A stretch of DNA of 64,000 nucleotides, taken from Clostridiaceae bacterium. Lineage in GTDB: Bacteria; Bacillota; Clostridia; CAYPLH01; DUMO01. The stretch is taken from NCBI GenBank assembly GCA_012839865.1, contig DUMO01000019.1, positions 62,001-126,000 of the forward strand, read 5' to 3'. A program made the translations under genes and the position numbers. Below, in pieces: positions 29,346-39,176 of this stretch (positions within the stretch are counted from its first letter, which is position 1; the number at the start of each line of letters is the position of its first letter). The notes beneath the pieces were generated by a model. That model worked only from the letters and a program-made list of their open reading frames with translations, had not been told where the DNA came from and searched no databases.

Positions 29346-32300
29346 TTATTTTTTCAAGGACAGTCTGACTGTCTTGATTTCAAAGGGTCTGAACTCCAAC
29401 GGGATTTTCCCCTCATAGACATCAAGGACTGCTTCCTCCTTCTCAAGCATATTTGTCTGTGAAGCCTTCAAAACCTGGAGTTTAGTCTCAAGGCAGCATC
29501 TTGCATGGGTTCTCAATGACTCATACATTCTTACAATAATATCCTCTGAACCGTCTTCCGCCGGCTTAACCGCTTCAATTACAACTCCCGGGTTATCCAG
29601 GGAAAATATTGATTCCTCTCCTCCGCAGCCCTTAATGCTGATTACCGGGGAATTCAATTCATAAGCTTCCCGGATTACATTGCTTTCAGAAAAGGGCACA
29701 TTCCACAAATAAAAAGCATAGGTAAATTCCTGCAGCCCCTTATCGGCATACATATCGGGAGCAAGGGCTGACTTTAACAAAGTAAGGTTGATGCTGCTGC
29801 CTGCCACGTTGACCCCGTACTTGCTGTCATTCAGCACTGCAAAACCCCGGTTTTCCTCGGTTAAAGCAGTCCACTTGTGGTTGCAGACTTCAAAACGGTC
29901 GGCATCATGCTGCCTGGACTTGTGATTCGGGCGCCTGATATGTCCAAACTGGATTTCATGTATGGCTTCATTGCCATGGATATTAACCGGGAAGGCCACC
30001 TTCAGAAGCTTATGGCTTTCCTGCCAGTCAACCGTAGTCTTAAAATCAACTCTTCTGCTGTTTTTTCTTAAGAAAATTTTCTGGCTCAAAACTGAATTGT
30101 TGATTTTCCTGTCAACCTGAATGCCTGCAACCAGGGGACCTTGGCATATCACCTTGATTTCCGCCTTTTCTGCAAGTTCCACTGGAAGCATGTCATACAT
30201 GCTGTCAATATCCCAGGCGTCAAAAATATTGGTTACATCCTTGTACATCTTAAAGCTGTTGCACAGTCCGGCGGCAAACTCCCAGCCTGTTTCCTTGTCT
30301 GAAATGCTGGTAATCTCGCCTTTATCATTAAATTGTATCCGCAATAAATCATTCTCCAGAAGTCTCTCGTTTACCTTAAAGCAATTGGCAACATCAGGTT
30401 TGTTCACTGAAGGACAAATTGTAGTCCAACCGCATGAGGGCACCTGTACTTCAGCAAGCACCCTGTCTTCAAAATCCTGAACAGGCAGCGGCTCTCCTGA
30501 AGTGGAAGACGGAATATATCCCTTCGGAAGATCAACAAGTTCACGCCTGTTCCAGGACAGAGAATTGAACACAGTAATGCAGGAATCAGTATTATTCCCG
30601 CTACCGGTTCTTTCTGCATTGCCAGTATTGCTGCACAAACCGCAGTCTGCCTTGTTTTCAGGCAAATTGCCGGCTATTTCAAAAACCCTGCTTTTTGCGG
30701 AACGGTCCTTATAATGCCCAACCAATGCTGACACAGCTTCATTAGCAACCTTGCCTGCCCGCTCCAGGATTTCCCTGTAGGATTCTTCTGCTTCCACATA
30801 CACCCTGTTGATTGAAGAGCCTGGCAATATGTCATGGAACTGGTTCAGGAGAACTTTTTTCCAGACAGTATCCATTTCTGCATAGGGGTAATCGAATATG
30901 CCTGCAGCTTTTGCTATGGTACCCCACATCTCAGCTTCTCTCATGGCAAATTCGCTTTTCCTGTTGCCTCTTTTTGTTTTTGCCTGGGATGTATATGTGC
31001 CACGGTGGGAAGCAAAATAGAGTTCTCCTACATATCTGTTTTTGGGCAGGCCTTCCTTCTCCAGGTCCTTGAAATATTCAACCGGATTGCAGATTTTTGT
31101 CCTTGGAACCCCTTCCAGGTCCTTGATTCTTCTTACATATTCAAGGTGATCCCGGGTGGCTCCTCCTCCCCCGTCGCCGTATCCAAAGGGAAAAAGCATT
31201 CCCTTCATGTCATCCTTTTGTACACGATTATTCCAGCGTTTTATCACACTGCCGGGATCGGTATGGGAACAGTAATCAAAATGCAGGCTTGCCAGAATCT
31301 CCGTGCCGTCAATCCCTTCCCAGATGAAGTTGTTGTACGGGAAAGGTTCACATCCTCCGTAAGCCCAGAATATTTTTTGCGTTGAAAAATATTTGATGCC
31401 ACACCCTTTCATTATTTGGGGCAGTGCCCCGGAGTAGCCGAAAACATCCGGCAGCCAGAGAAATTCATTTTCTACACCGAATTCATCCCTGAAAAACCGT
31501 TTTCCATGGATAAACTGTCTAATCAGGCTCTCCCCGCCGGTAATGTTTGTGTCCGCCTCAACCCACATTCCGCCATCGGGGATAAACTGTCCGTTCTTAA
31601 CCTTTTCCCTGATTCTCTCATACAATTTCGGATAATGGTTCTTAACCATCCAGTATAAGTGGGGCTGGCTTTGCAACATCTTGTATTCAGGATACTCTTC
31701 CATTAGAGCAATCTGTGTGGCAAAAGTTCTTGTGCATTTTCTTTCTGTTTCTGCAAGTGGCCAAAGCCAAGCCACATCAATGTGAGAATGCCCGAACATG
31801 TACATGCGGGGAGCAGTGGTTCCATTGACACATTCCAGGAGCGGTTTCAACCTTTTGCGGCCTTCTGCGAAGGTCTTTATCCTTTCCTCATAGGGTAATT
31901 CAAAATCGACTATCAACGTAAAATCCTTCAGTCCCCGGTCAATTTCAGAAACCCGCAACGAGTTTGGATCAAGGTTTTCCCTCACATGATACAACGTGTC
32001 CACATCAAGCCAGAGCTGGTATGCCTCCTCATCCCATATGCCAAAGCTGCTGGCACCCACTTTAACCTGTTTGGGGTCCGGTTCCGGCACAGTCAAACGT
32101 CCCGGAGGTACCGGCGGCGCATGGCAAACCCGGACACCATGTCCGGCATAGCTTTCCACCATTATTTCATATTCTTCACTGCCATTGCTGCATGTGGTAA
32201 GAGTAATCTCATTGTGAAACTCATCTTTGGCCCCGGCGTTTACTCCGTTGACATAGACAGCGCTTTCCCCGCCCACATCAATTGCCATGACAATACGTTT

Positions 32301-32540
32301 TCCTGCCGCTTCCGGAGGAAGTTTCACCTTGCCTTTAAACCAGCCGTATTCCCATTTTGCGCCCCATGGAGTTCCTTCCGGCATAGGCACAAAATCTCCC
32401 TTTGCGGCTTCCTCCACCGACAATTGTTCCTTTGTGACAAATCCAACAAAATCAATTTTCCCAAGAGGGTGATAGAAATGGTTTTTAAGTTCATTTTTCC
32501 AGTTGTTAACCCTGTTTCTCCATTCTTCGTTTAAAGACAT
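29346..32540 (-). CDS. GH38 alpha-mannosidase
   Basis: GHSHIDVAWLW (Zn), WLPDVFGY (nucleophile Asp), GYGDGGGG, HRGTYTSQ, NQFHDILPGS; start MSLNEEW with RBS GGGAG. Confidence 0.9.
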   Translation of the reverse strand: MSLNEEWRNRVNNWKNELKNHFYHPLGKIDFVGFVTKEQLSVEEAAKGDFVPMPEGTPWGAKWEYGWFKGKVKLPPEAAGKRIVMAIDVGGESAVYVNGVNAGAKDEFHNEITLTTCSNGSEEYEIMVESYAGHGVRVCHAPPVPPGRLTVPEPDPKQVKVGASSFGIWDEEAYQLWLDVDTLYHVRENLDPNSLRVSEIDRGLKDFTLIVDFELPYEERIKTFAEGRKRLKPLLECVNGTTAPRMYMFGHSHIDVAWLWPLAETERKCTRTFATQIALMEEYPEYKMLQSQPHLYWMVKNHYPKLYERIREKVKNGQFIPDGGMWVEADTNITGGESLIRQFIHGKRFFRDEFGVENEFLWLPDVFGYSGALPQIMKGCGIKYFSTQKIFWAYGGCEPFPYNNFIWEGIDGTEILASLHFDYCSHTDPGSVIKRWNNRVQKDDMKGMLFPFGYGDGGGGATRDHLEYVRRIKDLEGVPRTKICNPVEYFKDLEKEGLPKNRYVGELYFASHRGTYTSQAKTKRGNRKSEFAMREAEMWGTIAKAAGIFDYPYAEMDTVWKKVLLNQFHDILPGSSINRVYVEAEESYREILERAGKVANEAVSALVGHYKDRSAKSRVFEIAGNLPENKADCGLCSNTGNAERTGSGNNTDSCITVFNSLSWNRRELVDLPKGYIPSSTSGEPLPVQDFEDRVLAEVQVPSCGWTTICPSVNKPDVANCFKVNERLLENDLLRIQFNDKGEITSISDKETGWEFAAGLCNSFKMYKDVTNIFDAWDIDSMYDMLPVELAEKAEIKVICQGPLVAGIQVDRKINNSVLSQKIFLRKNSRRVDFKTTVDWQESHKLLKVAFPVNIHGNEAIHEIQFGHIRRPNHKSRQHDADRFEVCNHKWTALTEENRGFAVLNDSKYGVNVAGSSINLTLLKSALAPDMYADKGLQEFTYAFYLWNVPFSESNVIREAYELNSPVISIKGCGGEESIFSLDNPGVVIEAVKPAEDGSEDIIVRMYESLRTHARCCLETKLQVLKASQTNMLEKEEAVLDVYEGKIPLEFRPFEIKTVRLSLKK

Positions 32541-32706
32541 GTTCTGTCCACTCTCCCTTTTGTGTATTGTAAAATCCATGCATTTAAATTTCTGATAAAG
32601 GTGCAAGAGTATGTATAATGTTAATTTCTGGGATTGCTTAAGTATAGCACAGTCAACAACCCATATCAATGTACGCAAATCACAATTTTCCAACAAAACT
32701 CAGATT

Positions 32707-32934
32707 CAGGGACCAGGGGGACGGCAAGCTATGTGAAAACTTATCCCAAAACATACCAAGCTTTAAAAAAATTCTTTGCTGAAGCTTGTAAGTGGGTATT
32801 AATTATACTATTCATACCCTTTTTCTGCTTGTAGTGGAGGACCATTTTCTAGAATCGGATTTTTCACACAGCCTGACGCTTCTTGTGGTTCCCATCACGG
32901 TGGGTAACCACAAGAACCGTCCCCATGGTCCCTG
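32707..32934. repeat. REP/MITE-like element 1 with terminal inverted repeats
   Basis: CAGGGACCAGGGGGACGG (32707-32724) and AGAACCGTCCCCATGGTCCCTG (32913-32934); internal hairpin TCTTGTGGTT...AACCACAAGA. Confidence 0.7.
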
Positions 32935-33126
32935 ATTTTTTCTATTGCAACAATTATTTTAAAGTAGTATATTGGATATAGTCTTGATTTTCTGCTTTTT
33001 ACCGGTTTGGCACGGCAACATCTTGATAAAAAATATGATTCAATAAATACAGCATTGATTGTTCAAATTAAGTTTGGTACTTCTGACCGGTTTAATCCCA
33101 AAATTATAATTTCAAAGGAGAATACT

Positions 33127-34782
33127 ATGAGTCAGGAAGTTTTTTTGGAAACAAAATTGCTTAGTTCATTGGTCAAAGTTTTCCCGGGCAAGGAATTAAA
33201 CTGCAGAGAGCATACGGAAGGTTCCATGCTTGGGAATGAGGTGTACTCTTTTCAACTGGCTTACAAGTGGAAAGGGCCCTTGGTTAAAAATGTCCGCGTT
33301 CGTATCGAATCCGAGCTTTCACCCTTTATTACCGTAAGAAAGGTCGGGTTGATTCCTTCAGAGATGCCTTGTTACGCAGACCATGACGATAATGTTTTAA
33401 GCACCGAACCCGGGCTGTACCCTGACATATTGCTGCCGGTTGATGGTGAAGGGTTGGTTTTTCTTCCCTACCAGTGGCGTTCGGTATGGATAACCATTGA
33501 GCCCTGCAATCTTGCAAATCCGGGAAGTTACCCCGTGGAGATAATTTTTGAAATCGGATGCGGCGAAGTTTTGGCAAAGAGAACATTCCATGTCAGGATC
33601 ATCAATGCCAATCTGCCAAAACAAACCCTGATACATACCGAATGGTTTCATACGGATTGCCTGTCTACATGGTATAAAGCCGAGGTTTTCGGCAACAGGT
33701 ACTGGGATTTGGTTGACAAATATATTAAAACCGCTGTCCGGCACGGGATAAACATGATTCTCACCCCGCTGTTCACACCTCCCCTGGATACCGAAATAGG
33801 CGGCGAAAGACCCACCGTACAGCTGGTGGATGTTCAAAAGGACGGTTCCTCCTTCAGGTTTGGTTACGACAATCTTAAAAAATGGATCGACATTTGCCTT
33901 AAAAATGGAGTTGAGTATTTTGAAATGTCACACCTTTTCACTCAATGGGGTGCAAGGCATGCTCCGAAAATAATGGCTTGTGAAGACGGGGAATATAAAA
34001 AAATTTTCGGTTGGGAAACAAATGCTTTGGGCAAGGAATACAAATGCTTTTTGGATCAATTCCTTCCCAGTCTGGTGGATTTCATCAGCAAAAACAACCT
34101 GAATGCAAAAACCTGGTTTCATGTATCCGATGAGCCTTTGCTGGAGGACATGGAATATTACAAAAGAGCTTCAATGCTTGTGTCAGGGCATCTGAAGGAT
34201 TTTCCGGTTATTGATGCTTTGTCCGGCTTTGAATTCTACAAGTCTGGTTTGATTAGAAAGCCCATACCCTCACTGGATCATATTGATGCGTTCCTGGAAA
34301 ACAATGTGCAAAATTTGTGGACATATTATTGCTGCGGCCAATATAAAGAAGTTTCTAACAGATTCTTCAATATGCCTTCCGCAAGAAACAGAATACTGGG
34401 CATGCAGTTATACAAATACGGAATAGAAGGATTCCTGCATTGGGGTTACAATTTCTGGTATTCCCAAAAATCCCGCTATCCTGTTGATCCATTCAGTGTA
34501 ACTGACGCAGGGTATGCCTTCCCCTCGGGAGATGCCTTCCTGGTGTATCCAGGAGACAACGGACCCTTGGAATCCTTAAGGATGGAAGTGTTTTTTGAGG
34601 CATTGCAGGATATGCGCGCCCTTTCCCTTCTCGAGCAATTTGCCGGAAAGGCGGAAGTGGTTAAAATGCTTGAAGAAGGCCTTGATTCTCCCATTACATT
34701 CAAAAGGTATCCAAAGGATGCCGACTGGCTCATTAATAAAAGAGAAGAGATAAACAGCAAAATATCTGAATTTTGCCGCTGA
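33127..34782 (+). CDS. DUF4091/GH123-like glycoside hydrolase
   Basis: LIHTEWFH, HVSDEP, WTYYCC, FLHWGYNFW, SGDAFLVYPG, SLRMEVFFEALQD; RBS AAGGAG. Confidence 0.75.
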   Translation: MSQEVFLETKLLSSLVKVFPGKELNCREHTEGSMLGNEVYSFQLAYKWKGPLVKNVRVRIESELSPFITVRKVGLIPSEMPCYADHDDNVLSTEPGLYPDILLPVDGEGLVFLPYQWRSVWITIEPCNLANPGSYPVEIIFEIGCGEVLAKRTFHVRIINANLPKQTLIHTEWFHTDCLSTWYKAEVFGNRYWDLVDKYIKTAVRHGINMILTPLFTPPLDTEIGGERPTVQLVDVQKDGSSFRFGYDNLKKWIDICLKNGVEYFEMSHLFTQWGARHAPKIMACEDGEYKKIFGWETNALGKEYKCFLDQFLPSLVDFISKNNLNAKTWFHVSDEPLLEDMEYYKRASMLVSGHLKDFPVIDALSGFEFYKSGLIRKPIPSLDHIDAFLENNVQNLWTYYCCGQYKEVSNRFFNMPSARNRILGMQLYKYGIEGFLHWGYNFWYSQKSRYPVDPFSVTDAGYAFPSGDAFLVYPGDNGPLESLRMEVFFEALQDMRALSLLEQFAGKAEVVKMLEEGLDSPITFKRYPKDADWLINKREEINSKISEFCR

Positions 34783-34800
34783 TAAGATAAAAGGGGAACC

Positions 34801-34887
34801 CAAGACAGGGGACGGTTCTGTGTCTCATACCGTGTCTTGCCGGTATGAGACACAGAACCGTCCCCTGTCTTGCCGTCCCCTGTCTTG
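34801..34887. repeat. REP-like element 2: perfect 32-bp inverted repeat plus 15-bp tandem duplication
   Basis: CAAGACAGGGGACGGTTCTGTGTCTCATACCG / 8-nt loop / exact reverse complement (34841-34872), then CCGTCCCCTGTCTTG repeated. Confidence 0.85.
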
Positions 34888-34899
34888 CTGCCCTGCATC

Positions 34900-35910
34900 T
34901 TACAACATTTCTTTATAAAATTTATCTACTGTGTTGAAAAACGCCTCAATATTCTCCCATTTGGAAAGGGGCGGGATATCACAGCCGGAGGAAATTACAA
35001 AATTGGGATACTTTGAACAGTCTTTCAATAAGTTTAATGTTTCCTCGCTGATAGATTCAACTGTCCCGTTTCTGAATTGCTTCGCAGGAGATATATTACC
35101 CATGGCAACTACATCCGGCGGAATATGAGGCATCATTTGCCGCATGTCAATAGCATCTCCAAAGTGATAAGCAGAACAGTTTGTCCCCAGAATAGAATCT
35201 ATCATATGAATTGTGGCACCGCCGCAATTATGATATACAACAGCAAAATGATCATCTTTGACTCTTTCAACAATCTTTTTTACATACACGGAAGAAAATT
35301 CCTCTGCCAAAGCAGGAGATAAAAGCCCTGCAAGAGGTTCCGCCATAACCACACCATTTGCACCAATAGCTTTATAGGCCTTACAGTACTCTATAATAAA
35401 TTCAGTAACCTTTTCCAGAAGCGTATGTACCATTTCAGGGTCATCATAGCAATAGATCATTGCTTCGGACACATCCATCAGGCGGCCTGCCAAAGAGAAG
35501 GGGCCAATAACACCTGCAAATACAGGTCTGTCTTTTATTAAATCCAACGCAAGTTTAATAGCATCAATATAAATACCGGTTCTTCCGCTGCCTACTTTCG
35601 GAACTATTAACTCCTCTGCCTCCTTTTTGGTTGCCACAATTCCACCGATAACCGTAGGAACTTCATCCTTTGAAAATTTTATATTTGAACCAAAGCATTC
35701 TGCTTCCACTGATAGATCCATCATGCTCAAAGAAGCTGCGGAATTTACTTTTTCTGCAATTAATTTCATGCCATTGGCCTGGTTTTTGCTATCTGAAATA
35801 AGTTCTACGACACTTATGTTTAGCAGCTGAATTGAAGGAAAAGATAAAACAGGCATTGCCTTTTTTGTTTTGGAAGCTATCATCTGCGAAAACCAATTTG
35901 TCATGTTCAT
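34900..35910 (-). CDS. Uroporphyrinogen decarboxylase-family protein, MtaA/CmuA methyltransferase-like
   Basis: DLSVEAECFG, GPFSLAG, HNCGG (HxC), MGNISP, SSGCDIP. Confidence 0.75.
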   Translation of the reverse strand: MNMTNWFSQMIASKTKKAMPVLSFPSIQLLNISVVELISDSKNQANGMKLIAEKVNSAASLSMMDLSVEAECFGSNIKFSKDEVPTVIGGIVATKKEAEELIVPKVGSGRTGIYIDAIKLALDLIKDRPVFAGVIGPFSLAGRLMDVSEAMIYCYDDPEMVHTLLEKVTEFIIEYCKAYKAIGANGVVMAEPLAGLLSPALAEEFSSVYVKKIVERVKDDHFAVVYHNCGGATIHMIDSILGTNCSAYHFGDAIDMRQMMPHIPPDVVAMGNISPAKQFRNGTVESISEETLNLLKDCSKYPNFVISSGCDIPPLSKWENIEAFFNTVDKFYKEML

Positions 35911-36128
35911 AATATATACCACCTTGCACGAATAGAGTTCCAAAAAGCAAGTTGACCCCATATACGGCTTAATACCGTATAATAGCTCAATAAAATTGCC
36001 TTCTGGACATTAATCATGTTATCAAACAGATATGGATAGCTTCTTGTAGATTATTATGAAAAATAAAATTATTTTATTTAGTTTTTTGAGCGCAGTTTAA
36101 ATACAGAACAGTTTGAAATGTTTTAGCA

Positions 36129-36166
36129 TAGCTGTATCAAGGACATTTATACCCTTGATACAGCTA
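36129..36166. terminator. Terminator hairpin downstream of the GMP synthase subunit gene
   Basis: TAGCTGTATCAAGG-loop-CCTTGATACAGCTA. Confidence 0.6.
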
Positions 36167-36232
36167 CCTTGAGTATATAATCTTCAGGATACTTCCTTCT
36201 TAACCATCGTTTTTTTAGTGGTCCTGGTATTT

Positions 36233-37204
36233 TTACTCCCACTCAATGGCTGCGGGGGGCTTGCTTGTAATATCATACACTACCCTGTTAACGTGCTCAA
36301 CCTCACTTGTTATACGATTGGAAACCTGCTCCAGAACATCGTATGGGATCCTTGCCCAGACTGCCGTCATAAAATCTGTAGTTTTTACGGCTCTTAAGGC
36401 AATCGTATAATTATATGTTCTTGTATCCCTGGTAACACCTACAGTCTTTAAACTGGTCAATATAGCAAAGTACTGGTTGATGTCTGCATTCAACCCTGCT
36501 TTCATTATCTCTTCCCTGAAAATAAAATCACTGTCTTTCAGTATTTTAAGCTTTTCTTCGGTAATCTCCCCCAATACCCTCACTGCCAGGCCGGGTCCGG
36601 GGAACGGTTGTCTCCAAACTATATGGGAAGGCAGTCCCAGGTATTCACCCACTTTTCTCACTTCGTCCTTGTAAAGGTTTCTGATGGGTTCAATAATCTC
36701 CTTGAAATCCACATGCTCAGGAAGCCCTCCTACATTGTGGTGGCTTTTTATAACATTGGCATCATTGGTTCCGCTTTCAACCACATCAGGATAAATGGTT
36801 CCCTGTGCCAGAAAATCCACCTTGCCTATCTTTTTTGCTTCCTCTTCAAAAACCCGGATAAACTCTTCTCCAATTATTTTGCGCTTCTTTTCAGGGTCGG
36901 TGACGCCTGCCAGCTTGTCTAGGAACCTTTTAACCGCATCCACCTTGATAAGATTCAGATCAAACTGTTCGGTGAATACCCGTTCCACTTCTTCCGGCTC
37001 ATTCTTTCTCAAAAGGCCATGGTCAACAAAAATACATATGAGCTGCTTTCCGACAGCCTTGCTTATAAGCGCTGCGCAAACCGAAGAGTCAACGCCTCCG
37101 GATAAAGCCAGGAGCACTTTCTTGTCTTTTACCTTTTCTTTTATGGTTTTTACAGAATCCTCAACAAATGAAGATACATCAAATTGAGTAGTTTCCCTTT
37201 TCAT
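36233..37204 (-). CDS. guaA: GMP synthase ATP-pyrophosphatase subunit only (no GATase domain)
   Basis: [63 protein letters not shown]; begins ~28 aa before the PP-loop. Confidence 0.88.
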   Translation of the reverse strand: MKRETTQFDVSSFVEDSVKTIKEKVKDKKVLLALSGGVDSSVCAALISKAVGKQLICIFVDHGLLRKNEPEEVERVFTEQFDLNLIKVDAVKRFLDKLAGVTDPEKKRKIIGEEFIRVFEEEAKKIGKVDFLAQGTIYPDVVESGTNDANVIKSHHNVGGLPEHVDFKEIIEPIRNLYKDEVRKVGEYLGLPSHIVWRQPFPGPGLAVRVLGEITEEKLKILKDSDFIFREEIMKAGLNADINQYFAILTSLKTVGVTRDTRTYNYTIALRAVKTTDFMTAVWARIPYDVLEQVSNRITSEVEHVNRVVYDITSKPPAAIEWE

Positions 37205-37461
37205 AAAAATCCTCCCGTAAACGATTATCATAAACTTTCGCATGCAATAATCTGCTGCAATAAAACCGGTTCGCTTTCAAACCATACATAAAGTTGATGC
37301 AATAAACTTTTTATGGCATTTATAATATTTATTTATTATACCCAATTAAAATACATGCAACAAGAGTATATCCATACTGATTTGCAGTTTTTATACCATA
37401 TTTCCTGCCACTACTTGTGTCTGGTTGATTCCAGGATAATCCGCAGCCCCTGCCCCCGGCA

Positions 37462-38238
37462 TCACGAACCTGTTGATTTATATCGCCGCAGGCCAATACG
37501 AAAAAAGGCATAGCTTGGTATTAAAAAAAGCAGAGAGATAACCGGTGTGAAGATGTAAAACGGATTTTTAACCCTGTCCAGCAAATATAAAAGCGGGTAA
37601 TACTGAATAAGTGCCAGTGGAACCACATAAGTCAGAAGCTTCAGTATCCGCTTGCCATAAATTGAATAGGGATATCGGCCGAACTCACGTCCCCCATATG
37701 TCAGAATGTTCATAAATTCCAGACCCTCGGTTGTAAAAAAAGCAAAGGATGCGTATATGATATATAAACTAAAAAATACTGCACCACCGCAGGAAATCAT
37801 TAAAAATAGAGTTAAGATTTTGTCCCAGGTCCATACCACACCGCTTCCGGGTATGGCATAGCACAATACAGCCACAGCTTGTATGAATATTCCAAGACGT
37901 ATAAATTCAATGTGGGATGCCAGAACCTGAAAAATTACTCTCCGTGGTCTTACAAGAATGCGGTCAAATTCACCGTTGCCAAGCAGCCGTGGAAAAATGT
38001 CAAATCCCCGGGCAAACACCTCAGACAGGGAGAAAGCCATTGTCACAATTGAAGTGCACAGTAATGTCTGGCTGACAGTGAATCCTTCGATCTCGTTAAA
38101 GCGTACCATCATAAATAACACACTCGCTACAGTTGCAAAGGACATTACAATTCTTCCGAAGATATTCAGGATAAAAGTAGCTTTATACTGCATCTGGCTT
38201 TTAAATTGTATGGAAAAATATTTCATGTACAATTTCAC
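37462..38238 (-). CDS. ABC-2 family exporter permease
   Basis: GEFDRILVRP, GRYPYSIY, multi-TM; GTG start. Confidence 0.85.
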   Translation of the reverse strand: MKLYMKYFSIQFKSQMQYKATFILNIFGRIVMSFATVASVLFMMVRFNEIEGFTVSQTLLCTSIVTMAFSLSEVFARGFDIFPRLLGNGEFDRILVRPRRVIFQVLASHIEFIRLGIFIQAVAVLCYAIPGSGVVWTWDKILTLFLMISCGGAVFFSLYIIYASFAFFTTEGLEFMNILTYGGREFGRYPYSIYGKRILKLLTYVVPLALIQYYPLLYLLDRVKNPFYIFTPVISLLFLIPSYAFFRIGLRRYKSTGS

Positions 38239-38378
38239 AGCATCAACCTCCCTGGGCTACAGCATTGCCATGCACCTGTAAACTTATGGTATGAGAGTAC
38301 AATTGAGAAACATCAGCCTCTTGCGCGATGCATCATTGACAACCAGCAGCCTTCATATTGCACCGGATGCTTAAAATT

Positions 38379-39176
38379 TCATCCTCCCTGGGTTATAACC
38401 CGCTTCAACGAGTGTCTCATATGCAGTTTCCCAAATGCAAGCAGCACCGCAAACCAAAACAGCTGCAATACTATTCCGTAAGCTGCATCCCTGCCGGCCA
38501 TGTCACCGCTGTAAATCCTTAAAGGCATATTCTGCATGGCTGCAAAGGGCAAAATCTCGGCAATTCTTCTGAAAGGTTCCGGGAAAAACGGAACAGGTAT
38601 GTATCCTCCTGCAAGAAAGTCTGCAAGAATTACAAAAATTGCATTATAACGACTCATGGTGTAAAACGTTGACATATGGTCTATAAGGCAATATGCAGTA
38701 ACTGTAAACATAGCCAGCGGTGCAGAGACAAGAAACAAAGAAAACTGAAATAAATCAGAAGGCAATACCATTTTAAATGGCGGTGGCAAAATAAATGCCA
38801 CAATTAAAATTGGCAAGCACCTTAGGGTTGCTTTTGACACCCTGTCTGCTATAGCTTCAGAAAACCAGCGATTGTAAATATCCATAGGCCGGGCCAAATC
38901 ATAAGAAATATTTCCGCTGACAATGGTGTCGACAACGTTTCCTCCAACACCCCAGGGCGCAAAAAGAGCCAGGAAAGCCTGCTGTATCCATATGTAAGAT
39001 ACAAGGTGGGAAAACTCCATCGGGAAAGCACCGGGATTTGCACGGTAAAATGCCGAATAAGCCAATATCTGCATGAATCCCCATGCAAACTGTGTAGACA
39101 ATCCCGCCAGCGCTGCTGCGCGGTATTGCAAACCATTTATAAAGCGTATCCTAAACAGTGCAAAATATTTCTTCAT
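38379..39176 (-). CDS. ABC-2 family exporter permease
   Basis: QYRAAALAG, SGNISYDLARP, LAGGYIP, VITQGG end. Confidence 0.85.
   Translation of the reverse strand: MKKYFALFRIRFINGLQYRAAALAGLSTQFAWGFMQILAYSAFYRANPGAFPMEFSHLVSYIWIQQAFLALFAPWGVGGNVVDTIVSGNISYDLARPMDIYNRWFSEAIADRVSKATLRCLPILIVAFILPPPFKMVLPSDLFQFSLFLVSAPLAMFTVTAYCLIDHMSTFYTMSRYNAIFVILADFLAGGYIPVPFFPEPFRRIAEILPFAAMQNMPLRIYSGDMAGRDAAYGIVLQLFWFAVLLAFGKLHMRHSLKRVITQGG

Noticed and set aside
34476..34898. 140-aa minus-strand ORF
   Set aside because: Starts in the palindrome and is antisense to the DUF4091 gene.
37205..37460. Purine riboswitch or GATase remnant upstream of the GMP synthase subunit
   Set aside because: No TTTCTACC core and no GATase motifs seen.
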